Below, piece by piece: positions 36,801 to 49,760 of a stretch of DNA of 64,000 bases; the first letter of the stretch is position 1; each line of letters starts with the position of its first letter. A program made the position numbers and the translations under genes. The stretch spans positions 1,736,001-1,800,000 of the forward strand of contig JAYWIR010000039.1 in assembly GCA_036172245.1 (NCBI GenBank). The letters run 5' to 3'. This DNA comes from Raillietiella orientalis. Lineage: Eukaryota. Below the pieces are notes generated by a model. The model was not told the origin of the DNA and made no database searches. It worked only from the letters and a program-made list of their open reading frames with translations.

Positions 36801-39371
36801 AGAAAAGAAGAACATACACACACACACACACACACAAAAGAGGAAGTCATCTCGACACGGTCACGTGAAGAAGGAAAAGGCGTCCCTACGAACTCGAGCA
36901 AGCGTTTCCCTTTGGCTAATCATCTGCACTGCTTTCACTAGTCATTTCGACTGGGATGCAGTTCCCTTTTCCTCAGAGTTGTACTTTTTACGTCGGTGAT
37001 CGTGAAATCCCACACGTCTACGCGGGGAGGACCCGTTTCCATCTTCCATCCCAGTTTTCAAAGATGCAATTTGTGCACACACGCTGACGACATCACTCTT
37101 CTTCGATCGATTCCGATCGCGAATCTTGTCGCCCTCGGGATCACCACAAATACGGATGTGGAGACGTACGATTTTTTTCAACATCCACCGTTTCCATTGC
37201 TCCACTTTTCCTGAAATTAATACTTTGTAATTGGTGGCTCGACTCGCGACTGCCTCGTTCCCATTTCTCTTTCCCGAAAGGTATGGGAGGGGATGAAATG
37301 GCGGAGTTTCGAAATACCAGCACAAACAACGCCACGACATTTTTGCACGAGTCGAAAGTGATCGGATCCCGTGGGTGTCATCAGAATGGGTCAGATCCCT
37401 CGATTTCCCACGCTGGGTCTGCAAGTGTCTGCCGCATTCACGATGCTCCCCTTTGGCCATCTGAGGTTCCCCGCACACTTCTGTTCTCCGTCGTCCACGA
37501 GCTCCTCGAGCGAGCCGAGCGGTGCCGACACTTTTCTCCCATCCCTCGTGTGCCTTGGGATCCCCACGTGGGGACAATATCCACTGGATTCCGACGCGGC
37601 ACGGCGCGTGGGAGGGAGTGCAGGGATCCGCAAGTACTACTTGGAACCATGCTGCTGCTCCAAATGGATGTGGCCACGGAGCTGCTGCGTCCCTGCATCG
37701 ACAGACATCTGTGACACTGGGAAAACGCGCTTTTCCGAGTCAGGAGAAGGAATCCTTTGGAAGCCTCCCCCACGGCAAACCTGAAAACTTTTCTCCGATG
37801 AGAGCCTTTTCTAGCATCCTCTCCTGATTCCTGCGATGCGTTAACACGTGTGCAGCAGGTTCCACTTGGCTTCAAATATTTACTCTCTTCTTCGCCGATT
37901 CCTTGGACCGTTTATCTACTTGCTGCTGTTTTGAAGGCTTCTTCGTTCGCAAGCAGAGGCACTACATTATGCACATGGCTAATGAATCCATCCATGGGAT
38001 CCGAACCCATGAGATGCAGCCGTCTTCCCGAGAAATGCCGTGATTGAGAACCAACGACTTTCCTTGGGGGGAGGATCGATTCGGGCTCACATGGTTGCAC
38101 CCAAGTCCCTCAAACTAACGAAACGAACTGCCGTTGATCCAGATCGGGGGGTTAGGGGGGGGGGGGGTAAAAGAGAGAGAGAGAGAGAGAAAAAAGGCGT
38201 GCTGGGTCTGCTGGATGTCCGCAAGCTCGTTCGAGCAGGTGGCGGACCTCAAAAGTGGACTTTGTGTGCCGATTCGAGGAATCGGCGTACCGTACGCAGG
38301 ACGTGAAGACCACGATTCAAAGAGGAAAGGAAACAGCTCCGCAACCGTGAATGAAAGCCAAACGACTTTCAAAGCACATCACTACTTCGTAATTGCACAA
38401 AGCAAAGCAGTACGATGGGCTGAAAAGCAGAAGGATGTTTGCCCAGTTTTGTATATTTACCTTCCCATTCAACAGCGAAGACAAATCTAAACATGTCACT
38501 CATCACGAGCTCGAAAAATATTTTCGCATACCTTTGTACTCTGGGAAGAGGAAAAAATAGTTCGCCTGATGACCAATCAAACATTTATTTTTGGGTTCAA
38601 AGCTACAAAGGAAAGAGAGGGAAGAGTATGAATGCCAGTGATGATGCAATCGATGGAGGAATTTGCGAGATACTCGAGATTAGCAGGAAGTCTCGCAATT
38701 AGGGAAAAAAATTACCCTTTAGTGGACCTACGTACTTGGGTGGGACTCCACAATGTTTATGCACACTATGGATCGCGCATGGAGACGCCGTCGGGAAAAA
38801 CAAAACAAAACAAAAAACAAAACGCATAGAAGGACAACGTGTGCTGCCGGCGGGAGCGAGCGACTGGGAGAATGGGTCAGCAAAACTGAAGAAACTTGCA
38901 AATCCCTGTTTCCAGTTACCCCATGGGATGACCTGGCACGCTTATTATCACAGCAGACGGTCACAAGCCAACTCTCCCCTCCTCCGGTTGCTCCCCCCCA
39001 CCCCCTTCTTCGTTTGCGCCGGCAAATGAGCGGGGGATCCGGAATGGTTTCCCATTCATCTGGGTGCATGTTTTTCCCCGTTGGCAGTTTTGCATGATTG
39101 CTGAAACGCAAGGAGGCACCCAACGTGTGTCCCCTTCCCGACTTGACGCCCCGAAAATGTAAACGTCTAACGGTGGTCTCGCGCTTCGAGGAACCGACGT
39201 CCCCCCCCCCCCACACGCTGCGATCCGACACAGCAAAGCTGCAGCCGTGATTTACCTGATCAGTGGATTTCGCTGCAATCCACGAAAAGGCCATCACTAC
39301 TGATCATCTCCATTTTCGGATACGTGATCCATGCATTAATTCGCCTCCACAAATCGACTCTGCGGTTTTTT

Positions 39372-39407
<36 letters not shown>

Positions 39408-40080
39408 TTTTTTGCGAGAACACCTGAAGCACGGAGGCTTCGCGGTAATCCCGGTTTGCTGGAACTGCCCGGATCTTTTCGGTTCCCTGGGTCAGGCCCG
39501 ATCGGAAAAATCATGAATGAGGGGCGTTCGAAGCGGCACACCAACGAGGCCGTGCGTGATTCCCGGGCGCGCATTCCCCGCTGCGTTCCAGGCCCTACGG
39601 AAGGGGACACGGGAAAGCGCAAGGGTCCCGCGTTTGCCGTCGCGGGAAGGCCCACCGCGTCCACGCCATCCCGCATGGTCACTTCGTCCACAAGCGAAGT
39701 GGGTGGGTGGGGAGGGGGGGGGGAGAGCCCCTCGAACGGCCGAGCAGCGATACGCAATAGCGTTGCGGCTACAGGATGTGTGCTTCCGAGAGCACTCTCA
39801 CCTGTGCCTGATTTGCGAGAGAGGAGGGAAAAAAAAACACACACACACACACACAGATTTCGTTCGATACTGCTCAACGCATTTGCTACAACTTTGCCAG
39901 CGAGCGGCACGAAACTTGCACGCAACCCCTAAACAACAACTCGTCTTCAGGAGGAGGAAGAAGACGAAGAAGGAGGAGGAGAAGAAAGAAGAAGAAGAAG
40001 GAAAAAAAAAAAAAAAAAAACACCTTACCCTTCGCGCTGTTTACAAAGAGGGAACTCAAAACGAGCCACGAAAAGATCAT
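33604..40080 (-). CDS. Divergent nicotinic acetylcholine receptor alpha-type (Cys-loop pLGIC) subunit; join(40080-40029,36712-36570,36507-36463,35431-35322,35277-35067,34455-34131,34086-33917,33867-33604), 439 aa
   Basis: Open spliced frame (1320 nt) with all introns GT-AG. It contains a signal peptide, LL..YD..KRPV, W.DEYFRWDPSEYGG, WKPD, the Cys-loop C-X13-C (CSMNFRLWPRDTQKC), vicinal CC (FTCCPEPY), four TM helices and DW..VA..IDR before TM4. The 45-nt and 110-nt exons are typical of nAChR genes. Confidence 0.93.
33917..34086 (-). CDS. nAChR-like exon 7 (TM3 and start of intracellular loop)
   Basis: Encodes VTFFSNCLVAVCISLVISTIL...PPP; GTGAGT donor. Confidence 0.88.
34131..34455 (-). CDS. 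nAChR-like exon 6 (loop C, TM1, TM2)
   Basis: Encodes W.ILNV..RTLKRFTCCPEPYVDVTVSLHLKR...TM1...FLLPPGSSGKLLLG...IP...LPLL. Confidence 0.93.
35067..35277 (-). CDS. nAChR-like exon 5 (Cys-loop, loop B)
   Basis: Encodes GKVRWAPPAQFHSHCSMNFRLWPRDTQKCELLLGSLFHD; GTGAGG donor. Confidence 0.92.
35322..35431 (-). CDS. nAChR-like exon 4 (110 nt, loop A)
   Basis: Encodes MWFDEYFRWDPSEYGGLKQLYLCDDEFWKPDLTVLN. Confidence 0.93.
36463..36507 (-). CDS. nAChR-like exon 3 (45 nt, loop D)
   Basis: Encodes DEWNSVMETKMWITM; phase 0/0. Confidence 0.92.
36570..36712 (-). CDS. nAChR-like exon 2
   Basis: Encodes SQDSIDWTLKLRHDLLSRYDPIKRPVYNYNSTVNVTL...; cttttcag acceptor, GTAAGC donor. Confidence 0.92.
39377..39403. 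repeat. (GT)n microsatellite flanked by T-runs
   Basis: Directly visible, about 13 units. Confidence 0.9.
40029..40080 (-). CDS. nAChR-like exon 1 (signal peptide MIFSWLVLSSLFVNSAKG)
   Basis: ATG, hydrophobic leader, and a G|GTAAGG phase-1 donor matching the phase-1 acceptor at 36712. Confidence 0.75.
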
Positions 40081-40469
40081 CTCCGCTTAATTCGATGCAA
40101 GTAGCCTTTTTTTTTTTTTTGTTTTTTTTTTTGTTTTTTTTTTTTCGTTTTTCCTTCGTTCAAATCGGCTGGTTGGAAATCAACATGTCTTCCTTCCGAA
40201 ATTAGAGAGCATCATTATTAGAAACCACATCTGTTCATTCCTAAACACGGGGTTCCGGTTGCGTTCCACGTGAAAACCTTTCACCTTTCATGGACAATCG
40301 CATACTAAGCTCGCGCACGTGTTGCTGTTGAATTATAACACACCGCTCCAGGCAGTGAGTGAATTACCAAGTACATCTGCGACAGAGATCACTTCTGAAT
40401 AGCAAACGAAAAAGTACGTGTGAATTAAAACCAACTCCCATTTTCCTTCAGCATTTTTTTTTTCTTTTT

Positions 40470-40470
<1 letters not shown>

Positions 40471-40533
<63 letters not shown>

Positions 40534-40535
40534 TC
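40471..40535. repeat. (CTTT)n tetranucleotide microsatellite
   Basis: About 16 perfect units, roughly 400 nt upstream of the nAChR-like ATG. Confidence 0.95.
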
Positions 40536-43500
40536 CATTTCCAAATTTAAATTCAACAGGAAACTCGGCTTATTGATTCGCTTTTGAGGCAAAATGGTAA
40601 CAGCCTCATAGCAGCAGTTGAAAATTGAAGATTTACATCTGCGTATCCAATTACCACCGTGTAAGCTGCAAATTGTAAATTGTAACTTTACATGTATAGT
40701 AGTAGCTCGCGATTTCGTAAATGAAAGGTGAAAAAAAAAAAAAAAAATCTGAAAATTCTTGGGAAAAAAAAAAAACGCGAATATGCATGGGGGCTGCTGT
40801 TTGCAGTTCAAAGAATGCATTTCAATTCGCATATGTAATATCACGTACGATGTTTTGCGACACGGCGATTTCGAAATTCACAGTTTGTTCATAAATTGCA
40901 AATGTTTCCGAATCCTTGTGTATCTTTATCTCGAACTCGAGTCAGCACTTTCGACTTGTATTATCAGCATTTTTGTGGATCTTTATTAGGTAGTCGTGGA
41001 GAGAGCGACAGAGTTGAGTCCCCAAAGAGTCCGTACCAGAATGAAGCACATGTATACGGATTGCTTTGATTTGCACGTCTAAATCAATGCGTACAGTTAG
41101 AAGACATCCTCTAATTTCAGAGGTCTGCTGCTTCCATTAGTGTAGATTGCAAAGTGAAAATGATACAGCTCCGTTGCTATAGTCAATGAACTTTCAAAGT
41201 TTTGTGCAATAAACAGCGCAGTTTCCGTATCAGCGAAGATGTGTAAGACGTTCACACTTTTCTCTCGAAAGGATTCATTCAATCCTTCGAGAGTAAAGCG
41301 AAACATTCGCCTGTGGAACGATGCTTGAAACAAATTCAATTTAGAAATGACGCGCACACACGTTGATAGTTCCACTGGCTCTAAGAGTAATATGGATCAG
41401 CACAATGAATAAAGGATAACAGGCAGCAGGATGACCATCAGAGTTTTTTTTTTCTTTTAACATTCTCGAAAAAAAAAAAAACTATATCGATTTTGGACTT
41501 TGTATCTTATCCACCAATGTAAAAAGATTCATCCGTGACCAGAAAACGGAATTTTGTCTATAAAATTCAAAACGATCTTATAATTTTTTCTCTCTCTCTC
41601 TCTTCCTGTCTCTCCTACGCATTCACAATAAAAAAAAAAAAAAAAAAAAAAAAAGGAACCTTGACTGCCGGGAACCCATTATCTATTTCATTATGTTCGA
41701 AAGCAGTGAGGCCATCTACTAAAGTTTCACACACCGGCAAAAACTCTTCAGCCCTTCCACAAATCCCAGGAGTAATATGATAAAAATTTCTGATCGCAAA
41801 ATGAATGCGATAATCCTTTCATGTTACAAATTTATTACTATGCCGTTCTTTGAAAAAATAACGGTGCAGTTAATCTTCCCGAGTGAGAAGTCAATCGACT
41901 GATGTTTTATCTCTATGCAAAGATGGCACCTGTACAATAGAAGGGCAGGTGTCTACATCGGTATACTTTCTCTTTCTGTCGGGAAGCTATTGGAAGTCCA
42001 TCTGGAAAACATGGAAACGGATGAAACGAATGCGTTATGTTCTTCAATATCGATTGCGCTCAGCGAAGTGGTGTTTTCAGAAGCACCTTGATGAATAAAA
42101 ATCATGGGGGGGCCATCTGAAGTAGTGTAACTGGGCATCTGATGAATGCCACGAACTGGATCCTGATCATCAGGCATCAGGTTCAAACTGGTCCATTCGT
42201 TTCGTTCGTTCACGAGAGAGGAAGTGATGCAAAGTGAGACAAATTTAGTCTTTTTCGCCTTAGGGTTTGCCAACAAGGAAAACTGAGAAGTCACGTATCC
42301 TTTATGAAAATCATTCTTTCAGTATGCTTGGGAGGTGGAATCTGATACGGACTTTGCGATCCTTATCTTCGAAGCTCTCTCTGACAAAACAAGCCCGTGA
42401 ATGCATTTGAACTCTGCAGGGTCGGGATGGAATATTACCGGATGCTGCTGGGGCTGCAAGAACATCTTGGAACCTTTTAAGCTCTAGATTCGGGGGTCGT
42501 CACGGAAGATAGATCTGCAGCTAAGGCTCGAGGTACACTGTTCCTGATATCGATCATCTTTCGCGGATCAAGCTGCTCTTTGTTTTTCTTATCTCTTTAA
42601 TATAGTTCCACAATACTGAGCACTTTCCTCGAACAAAGATTTATAAGGGGAAAAAAAAATGACCGACTCGAGCGCTGCCGCAGATCGCACTGATCACTGT
42701 GAACGCGGAGAGTGCAATTTAAATGGTACTGTTGGTTAGAAGCAAAATATCATGAAATATGCTGTAGCATCTCCACATGAAGTCCATATTTACTGGAATA
42801 CTGCACTTTCCATGAAAAAGTATCCAGGAGCAGAGATTTCTGATCCGTAACCAGCATCCGAAAGGCACAGTTCATCTGAATCATATGGTTTCAGGTGTTA
42901 ATTTTTATGAAATCCCCACTTTCCAAGTTCTTCTTTCTTTCTTTCTTTTTTGGATTTCGATAGAGATCGTCTGCTTTTTCTATATTTCGAAGATTAGAAT
43001 GATCTCCTCCATATGTTTATTTTCTATAATTATTTCTTCCATGCTGTTCCTGCAGCTGAAGCAAACCATCTAGAAAGTCTCCTGGTGAGATTTTAAAATC
43101 GTAAATCATCGGAGATGCAAAATGCTGAAAAAGAGAAGACGCAATTCACATCTCTATGAAAAGAAAGTATTTCCTTGATATATTGCCCTCAGCAGGAATG
43201 CTGAAGCCCGTGGTAGTGAAACAAATCGCTCTCAACTAGGTGATAGAATACACAGTTGTGAGTGCAATTACGTATTTATGGATGTACGTGTATGTATACG
43301 CGAAAGTGATTTTCTTATCGTTGAAGGCTCCAATGAAGTATAAAGAAGCATTCCCTTCAGTGGCAGAGACTCCTCTTCCAAGAGATGCGTCTCAGAAAGT
43401 GTTACAAATCACATTCCGAAACAACGCTCGAGTTGGGGGATCTGGTGCCAGAGCGACTCCATGTGCGTCATTGGTTTGGGATTCTGGACGTATTGCAGGA

Positions 43501-46500
43501 TGAGATTGATCCGTCCGTTCGTCTACTTGAACAGACCGTTTCCATCGCGCTGGTTAAGGCGGTTGTTTTCCGGCCACCCGGGAAACTTCAGTTTTCTACC
43601 AAACGGCAAAAATGACATTTTTCCTCCCCCCTTTTCTGCTTTAGCGTTCACAGTGAGCTATTGGGCAGTGCTCATTGGGCATTCACAATTTGTCACCATT
43701 CCCGCCACGACGGAGACAATTTTCCTTTCGTTCCTGCTCATGATCCAAGATAATTGCTGAGGTTGATTTCTCATCGTGATGCTTATGCATGCTTCAAGGT
43801 TATGAGTTACCTGCGAGGCAGAATCTGTGAAAATCCGAAAAATGTGTCATCGATGCAACCCGCTAGTCGGTGAAAGCAAAAATCGAAAAGTCGATGTGTG
43901 CATTCATCACGCAGGCACTCTTGCTTCAAGTGTGCACTGCACCAATATTTCCCCGAGCCGTCGAGCAGCTCCTGTGCTGCCATCCCCCCCCCCCCTTCTA
44001 CCCGTCTCCCGAATACCTGCGGGCACGTGAAAGCAGCGGCGCCGCGAATCAAAAGCATATCAGAAGAGAGTGCCCTGTTCGGAGTGTTCTCATTCTGATC
44101 TTTTCGTAAACAGAAACTCCATCAGCTTATCCTTTCTTCTCCCGATGTTCTTTGGGATGTACACAGTTCGACGAGGATGTCACCTTACACAAGCGGAGGC
44201 TGCGTTTCTGGCTGCTCGTTCGATGCTGTGCACCGAAAAAAACAAATCATGGGACGCCCTCAGTTATCGAACATGCAGATGGGGGATTCAGTAGGTCGGA
44301 GCCCACGCAAGAACGCCAAAAAGTGCGTCTCTTTCCGAGTTCAGGTGGTGCGAGGCGCGCGGACCTTCCCGCGATCAGTGCAGCCACAGATTCGCTCTTG
44401 GAAGAAATAAAAAGACTCTGTTACAGGCAGCATCTGAGGGTGTCTAGGGCTCTGTCCCTGGATGATGTCGGGGATTTCGCAAATTCCAAGCCACGCACGA
44501 GGTGAGGAGAGGCGAAAGCGGAGAAAATTCCGCCACCTGACCCTTCGGTCACATCAACCCTTCGAATTGAGACGCAGCGAACTTTCCTCATTTTAAGCGA
44601 ATTTAATTTGACTGATTACGTCAAAACGGTGTCTGGCTGTGCAGGTTCTCGTTCGATCCCATCAAGCTCACGGTCAGACTCGCAGCTGTGCAGCTTCTTT
44701 TGCAGGAGAGAGAGAGAGAGGGAGAAAGAAAATAAAGTAGCGCCGATCAAGAGGAAATAGGATGCATTTGTAAGATAAAAGTCATTTTATCTGAAAACGG
44801 CTTTATTCGTGGCTGCTTCAGTTTGAAGAATTTCAGCAAAAAAAGACGAGACACGTAACTATCCCCTTGCAAATCAAGGAGAGTTGGCAGATGTCGCTAA
44901 TGTAGTTCGGTGTGTCTCCGATCTGTCCACATCTCGTCAAAATTAAGGAGTGTCTATCTAATTCTAGGGGGGACGAAACCCAATCCACGACTCCTTTCAT
45001 CCACGAGATTTCGGCGTTCGAGGAGATTACTCGCAATCTGTTCCTCTTGCCTGGAAAAATTTTCCAAGAGGAGCAACTTGATCATCAGCTAAGAATCCCT
45101 GGGATATTCTTTCTTCTCGAATCCTTTCTGAAAATTTTCTGGAAATTATTTCTTCTCCAGCGCCGAGCAGATGGTTGTAAAAACTTTCGAAACGTCAGGA
45201 TATTATTCTTTTCATCTCTAAGCTTTGCTTTCTGTACCTGGATTGGAAACCAAGGTCTGCAGTAGAGAGCTTTCCGAAGGATCCCCACTTTTTCATTCGA
45301 GCGTTGCCACAATTCGTTGGTAAGAAAAGAAGGAACAGGAATGCTACAAACGATCACGTGTCTGGTCCATAGGACAACTGAAACAAAGCCTGTATCAAGT
45401 GGACAATTTCCGAAAACAGGTTCAACGACTCCGTGCTTTAGGAAGCCGCACGAAAGAAAGAATCCCAAGGTAACGGACGGTAAGCAGCTCGAGCTCGTGC
45501 CCGTGTCTGCTGTCGGAGAGACGTTCTTCCGATATGGTAACTGACGGTCTGAGCTTTTCTCCCTTTAAATACCGAGAAGGCTATCAAAACAGTTGGGTAA
45601 ATGAGAAACTGCGACAGAAGGCAGATCATCTCCGAAGAAGGCGGAATCTTCCTTTCTTCCCGATTGCTGATTTATGCTTCCTTGGTCCAATAAAAAATGA
45701 CACATGGATTCCACAAACAGACAGATTCCATTGATCCAAAAGAGAATCTATGAAATTCGCCATAAATTTACGAATGCTATTGAAATTGTAAGTTGGCCGG
45801 TATAAAATGTGCCACTGATGCAAATGGAGTTGGATCTCCGAGGAGAACTTTGCCCTACACCGCTACCTACGCAATCCGAGATCGGTTCCCAAAAGAAACT
45901 TCGCTATAGGAAAATCTCACCATGCTGAATAGAAACTTTCAGGACAAAATCTTTTTCCGAGACGAAGTTTGTTTCGTGCATTTGTCCGGTGCGTTTCAGA
46001 AGTCCACCTAAAACGCCAACAGGGAACAAATCCCCATGCGAGTGGTTGGGACTATCCCGTCTCGTGCACTCGCTCAAAGAGTCTGCCTCTAGGATTTCGC
46101 TTCATTATCCATGCATAAGTGAATGATTGACAGATGTGAAGTGCCTGAAGTGAACACAAAAACCGGAACCTTTTTTTCCTGTTCCATCTCCGTACGAGTG
46201 AGAAGTCATACACGCAACTGTTCCTTTCATGTACAGCTTTTGAACAGACATTGTCCCACGGAAAGCGGCCATTGGCGAATTTCCAGCTAATAAACCAAAG
46301 CCACCATCTACACTGTCGGAAAGCTCCTCCGTCCACTTCGAAATTGCTTGAGTTTATTGTTTTTAGATGTTAGCGTTTCCGTGAACGTTACTAAGCAGCC
46401 GAGAAATCAGTTCTGCCGAAAACTTTTCCATCCCTTTTCCGCCTGACCATTGGTACCTCACTGCCAGAGGAGCAAACTCCATAACACGCCTGAGGACGAC

Positions 46501-49149
46501 TGTAGATTGCGAATGCGACTGAGGATCGCCAGGAAACTGCCGCTCATCCTTGCACAGAAAGAACGGCTGTTTTCCCTCCAGTGACAGATGCAAATTCACC
46601 AAGCAGTCAAACGAGTTTCCGCTGATGATTCCTCGCTTCCAGAGCTACGGTGAAAGCAAAAGGATTCCAGGAACGTCAGTCACGAGTGTACAACCTGCCT
46701 TGTCTCAGGCGTACGAAGCAAAAGGAAAATATCTGCCCCTCATCAGAGATTCTCCCTCTCTTAGGCTGCGCGCTCAGCAAACGGGGAACTCGTGCAGAGA
46801 GAAACTTTTTCAGGCAGCTCGGCGAATGAGTTTGCTGATGATCCAAAGACCACGCTCTCCTCACGGCCATCTTGGCTCGAAACAGTTTCGCAACTCTTCT
46901 CTGGTCATGGGTGCTTGAAGCTTGAAGAACATTCACTCGTGTCCTTCAACTCTTCCCGCTTTGTGTGTTTTTCGATTTCCTACCGACGCTGGCTGCAGCA
47001 GCTTGGATCCTTGTGTCATGCTGGGCAGCAGTCTGTGTGCTTAAGCGGACGCACCCCGCCTCCTTTTAGGGTCTGTCGTTGAGGAACAGTCCTCTTCGTC
47101 TGCCTCCTCTGCTTCCTCGCAGTCTTCAGTCCTGGAATGAGGTGGTTTGACACCTGCACGCTCTGACAGGAGCGGACAGATTTCGTTCTGTCCATCTCCA
47201 GCATGAGAGCCTCGAGAAGTAGCGCCCCTATCGGAACCAATTGCCACTCTTGCCTCCGCATACCTGGCGCTTCTTGCACGCTTCTCTTCCCCGCTGCTTT
47301 TGCCTCCCAAGAGAAAGGGAAAAACACCTACCTTGTGTGTTGGGCACCCAACGAAGACTGCCGAGTCATGAGTCTGTAGCTGCATCCTCGTGGGCAGTCT
47401 AATCTTCGGCTGATTCCGTGTTCTCTCTTCCTGTGAGAGTGACTGTCTCCCGGCATCAAGGAACCGTGCATCATCGTTGCGAGATGGGAACTTCCGTCGA
47501 AGGGATCTCTCGTGGGGACTCAACACACAAGAATCGCTTTCACACAACATAGCCTTCCGCCTTTTCCCACCGGGAATCTTCAACCTGGCCGGGACGGGTC
47601 TTTCAAACTGGATCTTCCGTTCGTTAGCTTCTCACCTCTCACAAACTATTACCATCACCACCTCCTCTGAGCCTTCTCCATTTCTTTATTATTTTTTTAT
47701 TTATTTATTGCTCCCTCGCCGCAGCGGACCTGTGAGTCATCGGTGGCTCTCTCTTCGAGGACTCCCAGAAATCCCAGACTATGGAAGAAGCTGGCCTCTT
47801 GAGCGTGCTTTATGGGCATCAATAAACGTCCTCCGTGACCGGGTGAAATATCCACGCCTCTCCTCTGCTTCATCCCTTCTCCACTTTCCTCCTACCCCTC
47901 TTTCTCTCCGTTCCTCTTCCCTGAATTTCTCCACTTCCCTTTCCCTCCGCTTGTCGCAGTTTAGCCGATCGCTACTGTTCTTTGGGAGGACCGCAGCTCC
48001 CTCTTGTAGCTCGGATGGAGCCAGCTGTCCTCTCCCTCCCTCCTCCACCTCCTCCTCACTAAGGGAGGGTGTCTATCTTTGTCACGGCTCCTTCCGGGAA
48101 ACTCCATATACTCCACCGGCGTTCACCGCCGAGTCCCTTCCGCCGCCTCTTCCGGTCACTAACGGAGGGCGACGAACTTCCGGAATCGATCTGTGCGCCG
48201 CTCACTTCTGCGCGGCACCATGGCCACCGAGAAGACGCATGCGGGAAGCGAGCTGCCCTCGTCCCGGGTACTGTTCGGGACCAACGGCCGACAGCTGCCA
48301 CGCAAATGATGCGTGCGCCCTTTCCACACTTCTCTCTCTCTTCTTCAGCATGCGTGCCCTCGAGAAACGAGGGGGGCATCTCCCGAGACAACGGCCCTTC
48401 CTAGCTGTAGGCATCGTCTTGGACCTTCCCCTCTGGAGTCCTCGAGAGCTCCGTCCATCGTCGCGGAAACGACTTGACGGCACACAGCCGGGATCCGATC
48501 TCTTCGGACTCCCTGTGGGAACAGCGTTGATCCTGCCTGGGGAATTCGGGACCCACACAGCTCGGAGTCGTGGTCCTGGAAGTGCTCTCGTGAGGAAACG
48601 TGTCTTCCTTCTTGCTGTCGGCGAGACTTGAGGGGTCTCCGCTCAGGAGATTCCTCGGGGCTGCATTCCGAGGCGGCAATTCATTTCCGGGGGCTTCTTC
48701 CGGCAGGACGAGATCCTCTCCTGCCCGTGATAGTGACGGAGCATCCGAGCTCTTTATTGTCGCTGTTTGCTTTTGCACTCATCTGTCTTTTCTACGGCCA
48801 ATCATCTGGCTGCACCCCTTTTCTCGGATCTCCCTATGCTGCACAAAGGAGCACCACAGAAGGAGACGACCTGATCTGACCTGAGTGTCTGACAGTGCTG
48901 TCGGAAGATCCCTGGTCGGGACGACTGTTTGTTTCCTGGAGGAATAATTCCCGTGATCTTTCCGGAGACGGCTCTTCCTTCTGCGTAGAACGCGGAAAGA
49001 AGCGAAAGAATCTCACCATGCTCTCTCTCCGGAGGGAATTGATAGTGACCCAAAGCCGACCACATTCGGCTCTCACCATTCTCTGGTTAGAGTGGCAGAC
49101 TCTCATGAGAAGCGCCATTGATTCGTTCCACGTCTCTCCTGCCTGTCTC

Positions 49150-49760
49150 TGCTGCTCGCCTTTGTGTCGAGATATAGGCTCCCCTTGGGACGATTAGGGC
49201 CAATCTTGTGCCAAAGGACCTGTCACTTCGGTGGCAGTCAAGAAGCGAAGTCGGGCAGAGGCCCCAAGGCGCTGTCTTCCATTCTCGGGTTGCTTCAAGA
49301 GACCTGCAATCCTCTCTGCTCTCCAGAGGAAAGAGTTCTCTTTGTTTCCAATTCCTCCCTCGCCTTCCTTGTCGATCGCAGAGCTGAAATCCAAATTCGT
49401 TAGGGAGGTCGAAACGATGATGACCTCTTTTTTCGTGTCCTCCTCGAGACACGCGAATTCCTAAGTGGGGTTGTGAGAGTGCCTTGAGGGTGAGAACTCT
49501 GCAGAGGAACGCGTCCAGGGAGCCCTCACGTAACAGTGAGAACGAACACGACCAAGCGGCTACAAATGGGTCAACCGATGGACGATGTAGTCCCTCCAAT
49601 GATGAAGCAAACTTTCGACGGAGATTGGGAAGGGGGGAGAAGTGGAAAGCCTGGTTGCCGCCTACATGTCTAAGCAAATTAACACATTTCCAGATGCTTC
49701 CAGGTTTCCCTAATGCTTCTTCAGGATGCCATCGGTACTTGCCGATTTCGACCTTCTAGG
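49150..49760 (-). mobile_element. Decayed LINE reverse-transcriptase fragment
   Basis: Degenerate motifs in the expected order on the minus strand: KSASTDGI (like KSPG.DGI), LDFSSAID (like LDFSKAFD), IVPRGA (like GVPQGS). Frameshifted. Confidence 0.4.

Noticed and set aside
44636..44680. tRNA T-loop-like GTTCGATCCC
   Set aside because: No cloverleaf or A-box could be built around it.
47477..48631. 384-aa ORF
   Set aside because: TTG start, low-complexity Ser/Leu/Pro content from pyrimidine tracts, and no recognisable domain.
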